A stretch of DNA of 64,000 nt from assembly GCA_946639585.1 (NCBI GenBank), contig CAMPBS010000006.1, positions 181-64,180 on the forward strand, given 5' to 3'. The notes below the pieces were generated by a model. The model worked only from the letters and a program-made list of their open reading frames with translations. It was not told the DNA's origin and did no database searches. A program made the position numbers and the translations under genes. Below are positions 61,320-64,000 of this stretch, one piece after another. This stretch comes from an uncultured Clostridium sp. (lineage in GTDB: Bacteria > Bacillota > Clostridia > TANB77 > CAG-508). Numbering within the stretch: position 1 is the stretch's first letter; the number at the start of each line of letters is the position of its first letter.

Positions 61320-61506
61320 AAAAATTCTCCTCTTTTAAAATATACTACATTATTATACTACTTTTTATTAGAATTTTCAAGGGGATTTGGGGAACAAGAC
61401 AAATTTTTCGGGCCGGGTCCAAAAGAAACCAAATGTTTTTTGGGTGTAAACATTAAAATACATTAAAAAAGCTGAGGCAGAAAACTTTTAAAGTTTTCCA
61501 CCCCAA

Positions 61507-62703
61507 CTATTGACTTTCAGCCCTTTTTTCATTCCTACTATTATTTATTTTTAACTTATATTCATTCATCCCTAATGTTTTAAGTTGCTTTGAATCTGCA
61601 TCCGATTGTTCTTGTAATTCTTTTATATTATGCACATTGGTATCGCTATCATCAGAAAACAAGAAAATTTCCTTCTCATTACCACCTATAAATTTTTTCT
61701 CAGTTATTTTTAATAATAGTTCTTGATCAGAACAGTCATATTTAGAGAAATCTAATCTCATTACTTTATTATTACCTTCATCATTAATTTGCTGAGCAAA
61801 AATATTGGAATTAGAATACACAACATCACCATTATTATTTTTTATTTCAATATCGTAAGTAGCTATTGAATTGTTATCAACAATTATATTAAATGTAGTA
61901 TCTGTCAAAAATACTCTATTAATTTTTAAATTTGTATTTTCATTAGCATTTTGCTTAATTACTTCATATTCGATTGTCTCTCTATTATAAAATTTTTCTT
62001 CAAGTGGAATATTAATATCAAAATTTCCGACAATATCTTTTGTAATTGGATTTCCCTCATTAACATTGTATAATGTAATCTTACTAAATTTCACACATAA
62101 ACTTCTGGTTTTAGGAAATCGATCTGATTCTATTAATAAAGATTGTATAATGTTATTATCTTGTATAAATACAACCTTAGGAATAGCTATACCTAGCGCA
62201 ATTCCATCATTAGGATATCTTTCTTCTTCTGTATAAATTAAGTTACTTTTATCATCATATATCTTCAGATCATAAAATGCTAACCCCTGATAATTATCAG
62301 CATTTTCGTTTAATAAAAAATTAAAGTTTATTGCAAGAGAAGAATCGTCCATTGTTACATAGTCTATTTTAAATTTTGTCTCGTTACACTCTATGTATTC
62401 CATATTTGTATTTTGTACATATCCACAGTCTACTGCTGATTGAATACCTTTTTCTTGTATATTATCATAATTAAAAATATTAGCAAATAATTTTTCAAAA
62501 TCTCCATTTGCAAAAGCTATAATGCTTGTTCCCATTAATGCAACTGTAAAAAAAGAGGCTACTTTATACTTAAAATTAAAAGTTTTTTTATTATTTAATG
62601 ATTTAATTGTTTCATTTATTCTTTTTTCTGTTTGACTTGGAATATAGGTATTTTTTTTATCTTCCATATACATTTTTTTTATTATTTTATCTAAATTATC
62701 CAT
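61507..62703 (-). CDS. Putative anti-sigma factor (DUF4179-like, single TM)
   Basis: IPSQTEKRINETIKSL, TM, GIQSAVDCGYVQ; start overlaps the end of the frameshifted sigma reading frame. Confidence 0.75.
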   Translation of the reverse strand: MDNLDKIIKKMYMEDKKNTYIPSQTEKRINETIKSLNNKKTFNFKYKVASFFTVALMGTSIIAFANGDFEKLFANIFNYDNIQEKGIQSAVDCGYVQNTNMEYIECNETKFKIDYVTMDDSSLAINFNFLLNENADNYQGLAFYDLKIYDDKSNLIYTEEERYPNDGIALGIAIPKVVFIQDNNIIQSLLIESDRFPKTRSLCVKFSKITLYNVNEGNPITKDIVGNFDINIPLEEKFYNRETIEYEVIKQNANENTNLKINRVFLTDTTFNIIVDNNSIATYDIEIKNNNGDVVYSNSNIFAQQINDEGNNKVMRLDFSKYDCSDQELLLKITEKKFIGGNEKEIFLFSDDSDTNVHNIKELQEQSDADSKQLKTLGMNEYKLKINNSRNEKRAESQ

Positions 62704-63222
62704 ATATCTCATCCTTTCCATATTTTTTTCTTATTTTTTGTTTTCCTCGTCTTATAATACTTTTTATTGTATTTTCTTTAAGATTCAGAATCTCAGAAAT
62801 CTCTTTTATTTTAAATCTTCTTCATAATATAATGCAAATATTATTTTCTCATTCTCTGATAATAATCCCATTAAAGTTTTATAATTAAAGTCTGTATAAA
62901 CAATATCAAAAATTTCATCATCAGATATTGAATCATCTAAGTTTATTATTTTATTATAATTATTTATTTGATATTTTTCTCTCAACTTATCATTACAATT
63001 ATTGATAAGGATTTTTATAGCCCATGTTTTGAAATATTCATTTTTTTTTAGATTATTTAATTGCGTATATATATCTATTATCGTATCTTGTAAAATATCG
63101 TTTACGTCTTCATCATTGTTTAATTTGGATTTAGCAATTCTATATAAATCTGTTTTTATAGAATTAATGAGTTTCATAAAACTTTTTTTATTTTTTTTTG
63201 CATTGTGTATTATTAAATTCAT
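62696..63222 (-). pseudogene. ECF sigma-70 factor interrupted by a -1 frameshift (or recoded)
   Basis: Region 2 (LYRIAK...DILQDT...FKTWAIKILIN) stops at YYEEDLK* (62806). The -1 frame continues IKEISEILNLKENTIKSIIRRGKQKIRKKYGKDEIYG*, a region 4 HTH. Confidence 0.8.
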
Positions 63223-63448
63223 AATTAACCTCCTCAATCTATTAGTCCTATTATACATAAAAAAAGTTGCATATATAATAATTTTTTTATTATATATCAA
63301 TTTTTTACTTTTATTATTTTCTTATTTTCTATTTAGGGATAAATTATAAAAAGAAAATGTAATAAAATTATTAGGAGAACCCAATAGGCTGATAGTCAAT
63401 AGATGGGGTGATTAAATAAACCTCAACATTTATTATAGAACCGATAGA

Positions 63449-63481
63449 AAAAGATATGGTAACATTATAACCATATCTTTT
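63449..63481. terminator. Intrinsic terminator hairpin
   Basis: aaaagatatggt-aacattata-accatatctttt. Confidence 0.7.
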
Positions 63482-63782
63482 AAAATAATATAATAAACAT
63501 CTTTCAAGAAGCATTTACGACTAACTAAATAAATTGCTGTAGCAATTCAAATCAAGTGAATAGAACTTAGTCTTACACTTCAAAAAAAATAGTTAAATTC
63601 ACTCGCTTAAAGTCGCCTTTTTTTCTTGTCTATATCTCTATTTTTCACTTTTAATTAGCATTTAATCGGTAACTAGATTTTAGTTTTTCCAAATAGAATT
63701 TACTTTTTCACTTGACTAATTATATTTTTTAGGGTGAACTAATCAAAAAATATTAACAGTAAAAAAGCATATTATATTAATT

Positions 63783-64000
63783 TTACCATTTATATATAAA
63801 ATCGCCACGATTATTTATTGTTTGTTTCCACATTCTATCATTTAACCTCATTAATGTTATAATTGAATTTTTAGGATGTTCATTATCTTGACTTAAAGCC
63901 AACTTTATTACTACTCTGCCATATTTTCCTAGTCGTTTTATATTTTTTAAATAAATCATTGTATTTATATGTCTATCGTCTTCTATTATATAATCTGGAT
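63783..64000 (-). CDS. 3' part of a second PBECR2-like protein (start beyond window)
   Basis: Open frame ...PDYIIEDDRHINTMIYLKNIKRLGKYGRVVIKLALSQDNEHPKNSIITLMRLNDRMWKQTINNRGDFIYKW*. Confidence 0.6.
   Translation of the reverse strand, partial: PDYIIEDDRHINTMIYLKNIKRLGKYGRVVIKLALSQDNEHPKNSIITLMRLNDRMWKQTINNRGDFIYKW

Noticed and set aside
63373-63445. Possible riboswitch upstream of the ECF sigma gene
   Set aside because: It is moderately GC-rich, but I could not match any known aptamer consensus.

Overview
A very AT-rich chromosomal window from a spore-forming Clostridia-type Firmicute; a reduced gut lineage is my inference from gene content. Most genes are on the - strand. The core scaffold comprises rpoC-rpoB, a radical SAM gene, rnc, an AI-2E transporter, xth, a G5/SLT muralytic protein, tatD, a WG-repeat protein, tmk, radC-mreBCD-pbp2-minC, mecA, an M23 peptidase, spore-coat genes, SPFH, NUDIX, CapA, corA and prfA. 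Four giant surface proteins are interleaved with it. One is a >2260-aa pilin-like InlB-B-repeat protein missed by the ORF track because it runs off the window; its repeats carry plug-in insert domains. The others are a 1500+1583-aa gene pair and a 3657-aa protein that looks like a fused copy of that pair. The most interesting signals are small intergenic cassettes. (i) A PBECR-fold nuclease gene converges on a roughly 90-nt, promoter-bearing, multi-stem RNA between rnc and the radical SAM gene (candidate protein-toxin/RNA-antitoxin system). (ii) A 42-aa Q/L-rich peptide gene has a neighbouring, non-overlapping sRNA complementary to its start codon. (iii) A type I TA-like module is bracketed by a 35-bp duplicated promoter. 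(iv) An ECF sigma gene is split at a T-TTA-AAA slippery heptamer, and a second, partial PBECR gene lies at the right edge. All family assignments come from motif recognition by eye; no database searches were run.
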